Source of the DNA: Guillardia theta CCMP2712
Taxonomy: Eukaryota > Protista > Cryptophyta
Length of the DNA stretch: 64,000 nucleotides
Reading direction: 5' to 3'
NCBI RefSeq assembly: GCF_000315625.1
Contig: NW_005434636.1
Coordinates: forward strand, 514,424-578,423
Below the pieces are notes generated by a model, which had not been told where the DNA came from, did not search any database, and worked only from the letters and a program-made list of their open reading frames with translations. Shown one piece after another: positions 14,625 through 27,466 of the stretch (its first letter is position 1; the number at the start of each line of letters is the position of its first letter). The position numbers and the translations under genes are program-made.

Positions 14625-14703
14625 TGTTGATGTTGAACAAGCTTTATTCTTTCATGGTTGAATAAACTTCCTCTTAGACCTTCACGTCTTGACATACAAG
14701 TAT

Positions 14704-17700
14704 TCACACATCCAACAAGCTTCGCTCCATCTCCCACAGCAGCTTCTCGTTCCTCTCTATCAGCTTCTCGTTGGCCTCACACACCTGCTGTGTCCTTGCC
14801 AGCCGAGCCTCCGCCTCCTCCACCTCTTCCTCGAGCTCGTCGATCTCCTTGGCCAGTCTCGCTCCTTGCTCGAAGGCTGATTGAGCTGCAGAGCCGTCAG
14901 CTGCAGGGACTAGCAACCTGCGCGCGCACCTGCTGCGAGCATGATGCCGTCCATGTCTCCCGTGGGAATGCGATCCTCGTGGCTCCCTGCCACCACGTCA
15001 CTTCCTCTTCGTCACCCTCCTTCCTCCCTTCCCTCCCATCTTTCTCTCCCCCTCTCCTCCTCCCCTCCCTCTCTCCTCCCTCCCGTCCCTCTCTCCTCCC
15101 TCTTCTCTTCATCCCACCGAGGGCAAACGCCTGGTGAACATCCTGCGCCATGGGGCCCATGTGAAGCGCCGACTGCCCCTCATAGCGCCAGGTGAAAACA
15201 GGCACGCGCTCGACCAGAGTCTTGAGCACGCGATCCGTGCTGACCTGAGGTAGTAGGGATGAGAAGTGCAAGAGCACGGGAGAAAGACAAGGGAAGGGAG
15301 TGGAAAGACGAAGAGGAGAGGAAAAAAGGAGGAGCACAAGACTAGACCGAAGAACAACGAAGCAGCAATGGTGTGAACAGGAGCAGAACCGGGGAGCAGA
15401 TCGAGAAGAGGAGGAGCGGAGGAGGGGAGGAGGGGAGGAGGGGAGGACTGGCCGATCACCTGAGTTCGATTCCACTTGGACCGCGCGTCTGACAAGGTAG
15501 ACCAGCTGCTGCTCTTGGGGAACAGCTGAGCACCTATCTCCCATCCCGAGGAGCGAACATCACTGACCTGCGCCACTGTCAGTACTCCTCTCAAGCAGCT
15601 GGCGGCAGGGCTGACCATTCGAAACCCTCCGCGCGCTCTAGCCCAGAACGAATCCTGCTTCACGTTGGGGGAGGAGGCGCTGGGGCTGTCAAGGAAGACG
15701 AAGGAGCCGGAGGAGTTGGAGAGCGACGCCAGGTCCCCATCGGTGAAGCTCCCGAGCACAGCTGCCTCCTTCACGGAGACCCTGAGGCTGTGAGCATGCA
15801 CGTGGTACTGCCCGGTGTGGGGGACGAGGCAGTAGGACTGGATGTTGCCGGTGGTGATCACAGTGCCGGAGCTGTCGGGGAAGGAGATCACGTTGGGGTT
15901 GGAGCTGGGAATCATCTCGAAGGCAGTGGAGGGCCTCCCAGCAAGGCTCGACTGGCCCACCTGGTCGTCCGACCCTGAGAAGACGAGGGGGAAGCGGCCC
16001 GTGAGCTGCACGTTCTGGAAGAGAGCGAACTGAGGGTCGTCCCCTAGCTCGCTGTCCCCGAAGAGGATCCTCTCTCCTTGTAGGTTCGCGTCGTTGTGCA
16101 GCTTCAGATCGCCGAGGACCTTGAGGAAGGTCACAGTTTCCGGCAGGTTGCCCGTCGTCAAGATGGTGCCGCTGGTGTCGGGGAGCGTCAGGATGTTGTC
16201 GCTGCTGCTGTCGGAGACGTCGAAGATCAAGTTGAACTCGTCCATCTTGTCGCCTGTGAAGGCGATGGACTGCGCGCTCAGGATGGCGTTGAACTCAACG
16301 TTGACCGCGTTCTCGTCATCGCCGAAGTTGACGAACGCCATGGAGCTGTTGGCATCTCGGGTGAAGGAGGCATGCTCGAAAACGAGCGGCTCGGACGAGA
16401 ACACCTGCGAGTAGAAGGGAGGGAGCGAGCCGCTGCTGAGCACGGTGCCGTGGGCATCAGGCAGAGTCAGGGTGTTGTCCTCCACCGGGTTCACGACCCC
16501 CAGGGTGGTCGCGAAGGAGCCGACGCCTCGAGCTCCGAGCGTCACGGGATAGTCGCCGGAGATGTCGGAGACAAGAGTCACCCACGACTTGTTGGCAGCG
16601 GCAGGGCCGGGGGAGTCGAACATGCCGTAGAGCAGTTCGGGGCCCTCCGGCAGGCTGCCGACCTGCAAGGAGGACGACATGATGCTCGCACTTCCTTCCA
16701 GCGTCACCTGCCCCAGCACGACCCCACGAGGATCGTCCACGTTGATTGTGGGGGAGTCGCTGGTCATGAGGGCGCCGGAGCTGCGGGGGAGACGAAGAAG
16801 GTGGTCGGAGCTGAGCACGCTCTGCCTGACCTCCAGCTGGTGAAACACCCGCGAAGTCGCGGAGGTTTCGGGGAGAAACTTTAGCGGGGAGGAGGTGATG
16901 TCGCCGAGGAGGTCGACTACCGAGACCTCGCCCGCCTCTCCCAGCACAAGATCGCCGCTTACCTCCATGCCGTCGGTGACTTTGACGCTGCTTGCCTGTC
17001 CTGTCTGGTAGGATACGTCCTTGAGATTCCCGGTCGAGATGACCTTGCCGTTTCTCGAGATCAGAGAGATCTCGTTCACGTCGTTCCACTGGGTGACGGG
17101 GAGCCAACCCAAAGCTGCGCACTTGGAGATCATGGCGGACTCGTTGTTATGAGGTTGCCTTACGAGCTTGTCGTCCACGAAGAAGCTGTCCACTCCGTTC
17201 TTGTTCAAGTCGAAGGTCGTGCTGATCCTGCCCGTGTGAAACTCGATCTTGTCGAAAGAAGAGCAGGCGAGAGGGGACGAGCCCAGGACCAGGACCGCAT
17301 GGAAGGGCTGGTCAACGACCTCGAGGTTCGCCACCTCCGTCCAGCCGACCAAGTTGGCGTCGGAGATGACCGCAAGCTCGGTCAGGTTCGCTTGCATTGT
17401 GCCGTTAGACATGGAGAGGCCAAGAACCTTCGATCCCTCCAGAGCTGCGGCGAAGTTGACCCGGGGCAGGACTCGGATGTGCGAGATGGAGGTTGGCGCT
17501 GGCAGCTCAAGGCCCATGAAACAGAAACTCTCCTCTACCCACTTGCTGCTCTCGTTGACCTGAATCTCCATGAAGCGAGACCAAGCCTGTGACGCTGCTG
17601 TGGCAGACATGGACCCGTTCACGTCGAGAGGATTGAACATGGCGGAGACGAACTCGTCGATCGATGGGTCCTGTAGGAACCTGATGTGCATGTTTGACTC

Positions 17701-20700
17701 CACGACCGAACAATTGGAAATAGATCGAGAAAGAACAAGGCCCGACGGCACTGGGTTGCCCGGGATGAAGTCAGTGCAGATGGGGTTTGAGACATCCGCA
17801 ACTTCACTGACGGGAGCTCCTTTGATCGTGTTGAGGAGGTAGGAAGAGTTCAAGCTGCTGTGGTTCAAGTACTTCCAGAGAATCACTGTGCTGGAGGCTG
17901 CGGGGAGAGAAAATGATCCACTCGGACAGACAATCTGGGAGCCTCCTCGCACAGAGCATTGCTCATAGGGGAAGACTGCGAGGACGCTATAATTAGAGAT
18001 TCCCTTGGGAGGATTCAGCCTCATCGTCAGATCGCAAGTCGGACCGAAACTAGCGTGAAAGGTGCCGTTGAAGCCGCGCTGGAACCATCTTCCTTCGAAC
18101 GCGTCGGTGCTGGGCAGCGGCTGGAAGTCAGTCAGGTGCAAGTCAAGTCCCTGCAACCAGCCATCACTCGATCCCAAGTTCAGTTGAGCGCCTCCTTGCA
18201 GCCTCCACTGCCCAGGCACTTTACACTTGCGCATCTTCCTCAGCACTCCCCATGCCGGCGTAGCTTGCAACAGAGTCGGTCGGAGGAGTTGACGATCCTC
18301 CAGGTAGTTGCCCCACGTCTGGAGCCCCCAGGGCCTCCCGTCTCCTTGCATGTCGCACATCTGGAGCTGGGAGCACTGGAAGACAGGAGCGAAGCCGGCT
18401 TGCATGACGAGCTCGTTGCACTTGGAGATGCTGAGGGTTTCTGTTCCATTCAGCGGGTCTCGATACTCCAGCACTGTCGGGGCGTCCACATTGTTCTTCT
18501 CCTGCAGCACGTTGATGGGCAGGTCCTTGGCGCCTGCCGGGTCATTGAGGTAGTAGCGGATCGCCGCATCCTTGCTGTACGTTCGCGCTGGGGAGATGCG
18601 GAGATGATCTTGAGTCCTCTTGCGAATCGCGCACCTTCCCTGCACCGTCGGCGAGAGGGTCCACTTGCCGTAATCTTTCTGCTCCCACTCCTGTGCGAGA
18701 GGAAGGAGAGTGAGGGGGGGGGGAAAGCAAGCAGCAGGGCTCTCACCTCCCAAATCCCAGGGTCTTCTCCTGAGATCTGAGGTCCGGGAAACAGCAGGTC
18801 AGCATCGACGGGGCTCCAGGTCATGTGCCGCATCCTCAACTTGATCGGACGGTCCATCTTGGCGCTCTCGTTGAAGCCGATGCGGTAGCCGATGTACCTG
18901 AGGCCGGAGGTCACTAGAAGGAGAAACTGTGACTTGAACTCACCATCTGCCTTCGCTCGGGTTGTCCTTCGTGTCAAGCTTGTAGGAACTGTCGAGGATG
19001 TTGGCCTGGTAGAATATGTAGACAGGTTTCTCTCTGTGCTTGTACACAGGTTTCCTCGAGAACGTCGAGTGCAGGTCGAATTGCCCCATGAGCTCTGGGA
19101 AAAACACTGCTCCTTCGATGATGACAGACTCGCAGCCGCCGGACGTTCTGAGTACCATCCCAGCATCTCCATCCAGATACGCGTGCATGTGGATCTTTGA
19201 AACGAAGTCGTTGGGGTCCCCGAGCTGCAGGTCTCCTCCGAAGCCGACATGCCCACCTGCACCTAGTCAGACCAAAGGAGAGAGTGAGAGAGCTTACCAG
19301 CATACAACGATCCTGAAGGCAATGCCATCTTTGGGAGTTGGAGCAAGTTTCCAGTTGTTATGATGGTTCCAGAGCAGTCGGGGAAGAGGATGGTGTTGTT
19401 GTTCGTGATGGTCTCGTAGCCGATGGTCGTTGTAATGAGTCCCTGCTTGTCTTGACCAACAAGATCCTTGATGTTGACCCACTCGTCTTGCGGCTGAAAG
19501 AGCTCGAAGTCACAAGCAGCGACGCACTTCGTGTTGTAGAGCTGGAGATGAATGCCTGACGGCTGCTCCCTCCTGACACGATATCGTTCGATCCCATGGC
19601 ACCTGTGCTCACACTTCATGATCTGATCTGCTGGACAGCACCTCGCGTCCACGTCGCAAGGCTGCCCCATGTAAGGTCCTGTGAGACAGACGTAGGAGCT
19701 AACGCATTCTTGGTTGCTCGATGGACAAGACACGCCAGTGGGACAATCACTGATCAAGACATTCTGCATCCAAAGGGACTGGTTGCCTCCTCGGGTCTGC
19801 TTGTTGGAGACCCTGTCAATGATGACGCACATGGAGATTCGCTGAATCTCGTAGTCGATGATCCCAGTGATCTGACCGGAAGGCTTGATCGGGAGCTCGT
19901 AGGGGGACTGATACGCGGGCATCAAGCCAGTGGTCCCATCGTTCTTGGTTGAGTCACGGAAGTTGGACCCTGCGAGCATGTTCATGCTTCCGACGAACCT
20001 GAACTTGTCGCTCAATCTGATCTTGACGGATGACTTCGTCTGCAGCTGAGCAGGGGTCAGGGTGTCCTTGATACCCATGTAGATCATTCCATCCAGGTAC
20101 AGGTTCCGCAGTCTCATCTTCCTGAAAACGATGTCGTCGATGTTGCCGCTCGTGATTACGGTTCCCGTCGCGTCAGGGAATGTGATCCTCCGATTCATGA
20201 CGTCTGCTGGAGGAACATGCGCAAGCGTTTGCGTGTTCGGGAGGTAGTAGTCAGGAAGGCCGCCTTCCTGCACATACAGGCGGCAGCCGATGCAGCTGGT
20301 GACGGAGCATTTCGTGTCAACCGTGAAGGTGTAGTTACTCGCCTTGAACGGGTCCATGAGGTAATCAAGGCCTTGAATGAAGGTGCCAACGTTTGAGAAT
20401 TGAGCTCTGCACGTGTAACCTGATACGGTGAAGCCCAAGGCTGTCCAAAGGCTCGACCCGCTCGCCCAGTTGAAGTTGCTGAAGTCACAGTTGCTCGGTG
20501 GATAATTGGCGAAATGTTTCTTCATGCACCTGTTGAGGCCCGAGTCTTCGAGGCATCTGCTCAGGCTTCCATCGAGTGTCAAGCACTCGTAGGCAGACTG
20601 ATGATGAATCATGATGTCTCCGTTTGGAGCTACATTCTGTATTCCCGGAAACCCTTGAACATCCACAAGATTGCCAGACGTGATCACGGTACCTGATCGT

Positions 20701-23700
20701 TTCCCAGGCATCAGTTGAGAAACATTGGATGAGATATTCCCTATCCCAAAACTGATGCTGTAGTTTCGCAAGTAGAGCAACAGCGAGCTATCTAAGCTTG
20801 AGGGCTTTCCTTGCAGTCTACAGGCATCTGCAGGAGAATATGCTAGGATGCAGGAAACAGATCCATTCACATCCGTCACTCGATACGTCAGGATCCCGCA
20901 CTCCGGCTCCCTTTCGCACGCCTGCTTGCAGACTAGTAGAGACAGTGCTTGCATCCTAACGATCTTGACTGAAGCTTCTCGAACAGTTCCTTTCCTGCGG
21001 ATGACGTTGGGATAGGAGGGGTCAAACTGAACGCTCATGGTGTTGGAAATAACACTGCCAGGCAGGTAACAAATTGAATTCGAGTGATCGCTCCAGGTCA
21101 AGGGAAGACCCGGGCGAAACATGTCCGGGACGTTTCTATAGGTGAGCGAGTCAGGAACAGATCCTTGAAGCAGCACAGGCTTCATGCCACAGAGTCCACC
21201 CGAGGAGCAGTCGAGAGAAGTCACCGTCGCTGCCTCCCACTGGCTGTTGTACGTCGACCACTTGGAGCCGTCTGCTTGACCGTAAACCCCAGGGGGGGGC
21301 CTGTACACGTTGGCGAACGGCGCCATGTTGAGCCCCCCCCCGACAAGAACTTCACCGAAGAGACGGGTCTCACTGCTCACGTTGACAACCTGCCCCGTGA
21401 AGTTCTTGACGTCACGAATGTTGCCGGTGGTGATGATGGTGCTGTTGCATGCGAAGGGCATACTGCCGTCGCACGGGTGGAGGGAGTAAGACCTCCCTGT
21501 GATGTTGCTGTAGGTGTGCGATATGTTGTAACTCTGAGTTCCCCAAACCATCGGGAATTCGATCTGTGCGACCGATCCAGCGCGGGTCAGGAAGGAGACC
21601 CGGGAATCACTGTCGGAAGTGTTGAACAGCATGCCTCGAGGCAATGAGCTCTCTCCGGGCCCAGTCCGCGTGTCGAACATGGTGAACCAAGGGCCGTTGT
21701 TCCACAGCCACTTGGAACCTCCCTCACTCTTCCCCAAGGATGTTCCCTGTGACCACCAAGAGTCTTGAACGTTTTCATCCAGCAGGCTCGAGTAACTTGT
21801 CGAGGGCTCAAGATACCCGACAGTCAAGCCTCGCCTGAAGTAGGAGAGCTGGCTTACACTCAAGCTGTGAAGTGGTCCTGACTCTGCCGTGATGTCTTGC
21901 AGGTTGCCGGTTGTAATGATGATGCCGTTGGTTGAAGGGAAAAGCACATTGTTTTCTGACTGTTTGGAGTCAGACTTGGCAAGAGCTTCAAACTGCAAGA
22001 TTGTCTTATTGCCATCTGTTCCCGACGACAACAAGAACGTGAGATCAGATTTGTGGGAAGCGAAGATGTAAGAGTCCGTGTCTCTGCTATAATTCGCTCC
22101 ACACATCTGAAAATTCACCCGATACGGCGATGACCGCACTCGCGAGCATTCCAAGTCTGTATCAAACCCGAAGTCAAAGACCTGCTGCGCTAGGATCCTG
22201 CTTTGAGTCTGGTTGACCACGTAGAGCTGGTTGTCGGAGAAGGCAAGAAAGGGCTTCTGCCTGCACTTGACCTGCACATTCATCCATAAAGTCTTGGAAG
22301 GACAAGTCTTCCACAGGTTTGAGTCCAGCGAGTACAGGGCTCGTCTGGCAGAGATGGAGCACGAGGTCTTGCCAATGCAGGAGATGAAATTCCCGTCCGT
22401 CGTCTTGCGCGTCCCAGCCAGCCATGGGGCAAGATCAACATCGCACGGGTGAGCAGTATACTCGCCGCAGAGGCCTCCAGTCTGTAAGAAGAGATGTCAG
22501 CGGTCAAGAACAGAGGCACTTCAGCAATTCATGATGACAACAAGGAAAGCAGTCGGATCGAGTGCACATTCGGCCTCAGAAAGTGTATGGATAACAGGAT
22601 GTGACTTACATTGCCCATCCTTGCGTATGAAAATTCTGTAATTTCTCCTCCAACTCCGCAAGACAGTGTTTTTGTTTCATTTTCATGTAGCTCTGCGCAA
22701 ACTCCCTGGTGCTGAAGGGAAAATCCATTCACCGATGCCGATTCTGATTTTGCAATGGACCACAAGTGTGGGTTCACGTCGTATACATTGGGACTACCAT
22801 AAGCAAAGGTGTTCAAGTTTGCCAAGCTCCTCACCTCAAGGGACTGGTTTGTGTAGTTGGAGCAATCAGCAGTGGTTAAGTTGGCGTTGCAATTCACATC
22901 GATCAAGATTTGCAAAGCATCAAGCTGCTTCTGATACATTTCAAGGATAAGTGGAATAAGATCAGGCCCCCCCGCAAGATAATTCCTTTGACCATAACTC
23001 TGAAAGAATGCTAGACAGCCGGGTAGCAGAGTGCCATTCAGGTGAGAATCTCGACTGTCACTTACTGAACATCCCGTCCTGAACATTTTCCATCTGTTGA
23101 AGTGAAGCGATCCGTCAGAGGGAGGCAGAGCTTGAGAGGTGGAATATGAAGGAATCAAGAAGCCGCCGCTCGACAACGAAACCAGGTTGAAACGAGAAGC
23201 CCAGATCAAGGAACAGCTCTGATCCTTGCATGATCGAAAGCACTGGGACAAATTGGAGACCGTCAAGTTCAAGCAAAAAGTTCCGAAGTCGGACTTGTAG
23301 CACTTGGAGTCAAGACTTGTGAGGTTCAAGTTCTGCAGAGACTGGAGTGGCTCTGTGATGAGGTTGGAGCACTGCGATTTTAAGCTTGTGTTCCATCCCA
23401 GGAGGAAGTCGTTGGACCTCAACTGGAATCCAGAGTTGAGCAAGTGGTCTTTATCGTTGCAATCCGTCCAATTGCATTCCCCCGCGTGCGAGCCTGATCC
23501 GAACTGAAGCCACCCGTAAACCTGTAGGTTGCTGTTGACTTGCAGTCCGGTAGCCTGTCCATACTCCAGCAAGACGTCCTCCAGGTTCCCTGTCGTCAGA
23601 AGGATACCATCCTGCACCGGCACACGCAGCGAGTTCCTGAGCTTCGGAGGAGTAGGCGTGCCCTTCCTTGGGGAGAGGTCAGCGCGTACTTGAGGGGAGT

Positions 23701-26700
23701 CCCACAGCGAGCCGTTCAGGGCCTGGATGTCCGGGGAGCAGTGACAGCCCAAGAGCATCTCAGGGGTGTTGACATTGACATTGTTGTCGGCTGAGCAACC
23801 TATGCTCAAACAGACGTCGTGACTTGGAGGCCAGAGGCTCGGATGATTCTTGCCAAACTTGAGGTGCACGACTGTTTCCTTGGTTCCTCGGTTCAGGCGC
23901 GAGTAACCCAGCAAAGGAGCTCCCTGAATACCTGGAGAGAATAGTAAAAAGCATGTTTTATCCACAACGATCATATCCAATCTCACCAATAGCTGTTATG
24001 TCTTCCAGATTGCCGGTCGTGATAACCTTCCCAGAAGCAGCGGGATACTGAAGGTACCGATCTGCTTGCGGAGTATCGAACACGATTCTCATCGAGGCAT
24101 TTCGCTTTGACAGCAACGTTTTGTTGTAGCAAATGTACGAGCCAGACTGTGTGTTGTAGGTATCTGTGTAGTCGCAGGCCTTTGATGGGTCTGTGTCTGA
24201 AGGGAGAGCCAGCGAAGGCACCACGTTGCACACGTCTGCACCATTCTTACAACAACATCTGAAACATCTCTCTGCATCCGTTACTGGCCCCAATTGGAAT
24301 CGGTTTTCGAAGTCGTTTGCTGTTGCGAGCAATTCTCGCTGATCTACATGCACACCCATCATGTTCATCCACAACAAGGCGAACTCCGTCTGTGTGACGT
24401 TGGACGGGACGTCCTGAATGATGATGTCATGATTTAGGTTGTATCCGACAGGAAAGTCCTCCGACCATTCTTCCCATGCTGTATCGATATCGTTGGGGAC
24501 AAGGGCATCTGAAATTGTTTTCAGATTGATGTTGTACGAATTCATGCTCGAGCCAACCGCCCAGTACAGCACGGACGAGTATGCTTCCTTGTTATAGTAC
24601 AGAAAATTTGGGCCATTCTGTTGCCGAAAGACAGGTCTTCCGTGCATTTGCATCTCTGTCATGTGGTAAAAGCCGCTTGCATTGGAAGTTTTCGCTCCCG
24701 TCAACAATTTGAGGGTGCCCATGGAAGTGTTCTGGTAGAACCTCCTCCATCCGATGGCCTTTCTGACTCTTTCTGCCGAATCAACAGCCTCCTGCATTTG
24801 GCTGGTCAAGGGGGCCGACAAGTTGATTGAATCACTACTGTATGTTTCAATCAGAGTGACATATCCGATTCCTGTCAGATCGACAATCGTTGGAAGCTCC
24901 CTTCTGACGTAAAGCATCTCAATCAGGTCTGCTTGCCGTAGGACCATGTCTTCCCAACCAGATACATCATAATAAATTCTGAAATAATCGAAAAAGTTGC
25001 TGGAGAAGTTGAAAATAGTGCAGTCTGATGGTACACCATTGACAAGAACATTGGATCCAACAATGTAAGAGAAGAGATTAGAAGCATTTTTCAAGACATG
25101 CACATCTTTTTGATTTAGGACGAGAGTTTCGTTTTCTAACATTACAGTGATGATACGATTGTTGGCAAATATGATGGACGTGACAATACCGGTCTTGTTG
25201 CTGTATTGTGGAAAGCCAACCGAGGGATCGATGATAACCTGAGCCCCCACTTCTAGCTCCAGGTTGTTGTTCGTGTATCCTGAAAGATTCTGCGGGACCA
25301 GAGACGATGCCATGGAGCCATCTAACCTGAGAAGAGGACCATTCCACCAGGAGGGCACATTCACAGAGTCCTTCAAGAGAGGCATGGACGTGCCTGAAGC
25401 TGCACTCCATTGGTGCCGGTATTCAGAGCAGTTGAAGGAGCAAGTCAAAGTTCCATTGTTGTCTCTACAACAAGTCACTCTTGCTGGTGTAAAGAAAAAT
25501 CCAAGCGGCATGGTAAAGTTCAAACTTGATTCTGAGAAGCAACAAATAGTTAGTTGAAATTACAGCAACAGGATTTGGGACTTACTGTAGATGAAAGCTG
25601 ATTCTGATTTGAGTCCAGGCAATGAAGCCAAATCTTGTAGATTCCCGCTTGTTATGATGACTCCTGATAGCGTAGGCTGCCATGAGACATTCTGAAAGCT
25701 CTTGGATCTAGACCATGCTTGGTTTCCTTGCCTGTCGGGCAATAATGTTTCGAAGTGAGTGCCATAGGCTACTTGTCTTGAAGGACTGGTGAGAGGATCG
25801 GGAATGGCGTTTGGAAGTGAAATTTCATGATTTCTAGTTGGAGAGTCCAGGCAAACTCTTACAAAGTTGCCGACAGAGTGCTTTGTCAGGTTTGTTTGTG
25901 TATCCAAGTCACGAGGTCGACCGGCATTGAACAAGAACGGACATTCGCGGTATCCCCATTCTGATTCTGAATGTTGCTCAACCAGCCTGAATCCATTCCA
26001 GACGACCTGGTGAGGCTGGGTCGAGTATTCTCCGCCCACAAACAAGCGTTCGTTCACTTGGACTCCCGTGGGTCCATTGCTCGATTCAAAGATCCCCTCG
26101 CGCTGAGTTTGCGCAACATTCTGTTCGTTCAAGTATTGTTTTGCTGCATTGTAGTATGCATCAAATGAATCCTGATTTAAAAACTAGATCAATTACCCGA
26201 CACAAGACACTGTCTCACTTACGGATTTTTGTTGTATGTACATGAGTTCTGCGTCGTCATCTTGAGTATGGGAGCCTTGCTCTCTTGGCATCCAGCCGAC
26301 ATGAGAGTTGCCTACGATTCCATCAATGAATATATGGGTGGCTTGCGACAGGTTTGAAAAGGGAGTTCCATCTCCACCATGTCCAACTTGCACATAGCCA
26401 CCCGTAAGCTCGCTTTGCATGCTGATTTGGACTAGGTGTGAGATGTTTGTGTCTGGAGCGGTGATGTCGACGCCCTCCGTTCCTGTTTCATTCAAGTATC
26501 TGATTCTCACGAAATGTTCCGTTCCATTTTGCGTCGCATCGTCATAAAGATGTGCGATTTGGAGAGCAGGATCACTTTCAGCAGTGTCCAACGAGTCGCT
26601 CAATGCCCCAACACTGAACCTGTACGATGTCCGCATACTCGTCGCGCCCTCGAGGGACTTGATGGTCATGGCTCCAACCTACCAAGGGACAACAGTCATC

Positions 26701-27466
26701 GAGACATACGCAGCACAGATGGAGAAGCAGCTCGAGCAAGTGAGTTGGTCGGCTACTCACCGTGGTGGCATCTTGAGATCGTTGGCAGCTCATTTGACCC
26801 GACATCCCGCAAGGGTTACCACACTGATCCATCACAGGATGATTGCACTGAGTAGTAGCGACATTGAGGATGCACTGCCTGACATTGAGACCCTGTCCTG
26901 TCTGGTGACAAGACCTGAGCAAAGAGGGGCAGAGGGTCAGCAAGTCTCGAGCAAGGTCATCAAGGGTTACCTGTCGCATCGGTTCAGTACTGGGATTCCA
27001 CACCTGTCGGATGACTCAGCACAGCTCTAGGCAGGGATCGCGGCTGCTCACGGGACACTGTCGAGGTTCAGATTGCATCCCAGGTCGCAGAAGATCAGGG
27101 GCCTCCAGTCGTTCACCCCGTCGCAGGCCTCGAAGGCAGGCTGCTGGCCTGATACCGGCGGGGTTCCCCAGCGAATGGCTCCCTTACGAGAGGGGTTGCA
27201 TCTGAGTGATCCAACGGGTGTGCTCACAGCAAGACCTGAAGTTGGTCTCCGTCAGATCCAGGAACAACAAGCCGATGGCGCTCACCATAAATCTCGAAGT
27301 TCTTTTCTATGCGGACACCAGCTTGAGCCAGAAATTCTTCCTCGATGGAATACCCCTCTCTGCTCAACGTAACGTATGGAGCAGAGGGGAAGACGGATGA
27401 CAGTAGGAAAAGAAGTAGCAAGGAATCATGAGAAGAGAGCTTATGACGGCTCGAGAAGAACATCAT
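14704..27466 (-). CDS. Giant (about 3,900 aa) fibre-like protein: tail-fibre-like repeats, SUEL lectin, PAN-like and discoidin-like modules, C-terminal peptidase S74 chaperone
   Basis: ORF segments 27224-27532, 26578-27003, 26193-26669, 25560-26132, 23958-25523, 22529-23989, 19263-22283, 18940-19188, 15109-18753, 14897-15544 and 14704-14916 join in frame through canonical GT-AG introns checked by hand. The PDxSGTIITTGN motif recurs throughout; the C-terminus reads WSTLSDARSK...WRY...HMGPMAQDVHQAFAL...DMDGIMLAA. Start codon is tentative. Confidence 0.8.

Noticed and set aside
15109-26669. The large minus-strand ORFs as separate genes or an integrated prophage
   Set aside because: They join through phase-compatible GT-AG introns; no capsid, terminase or integrase genes.
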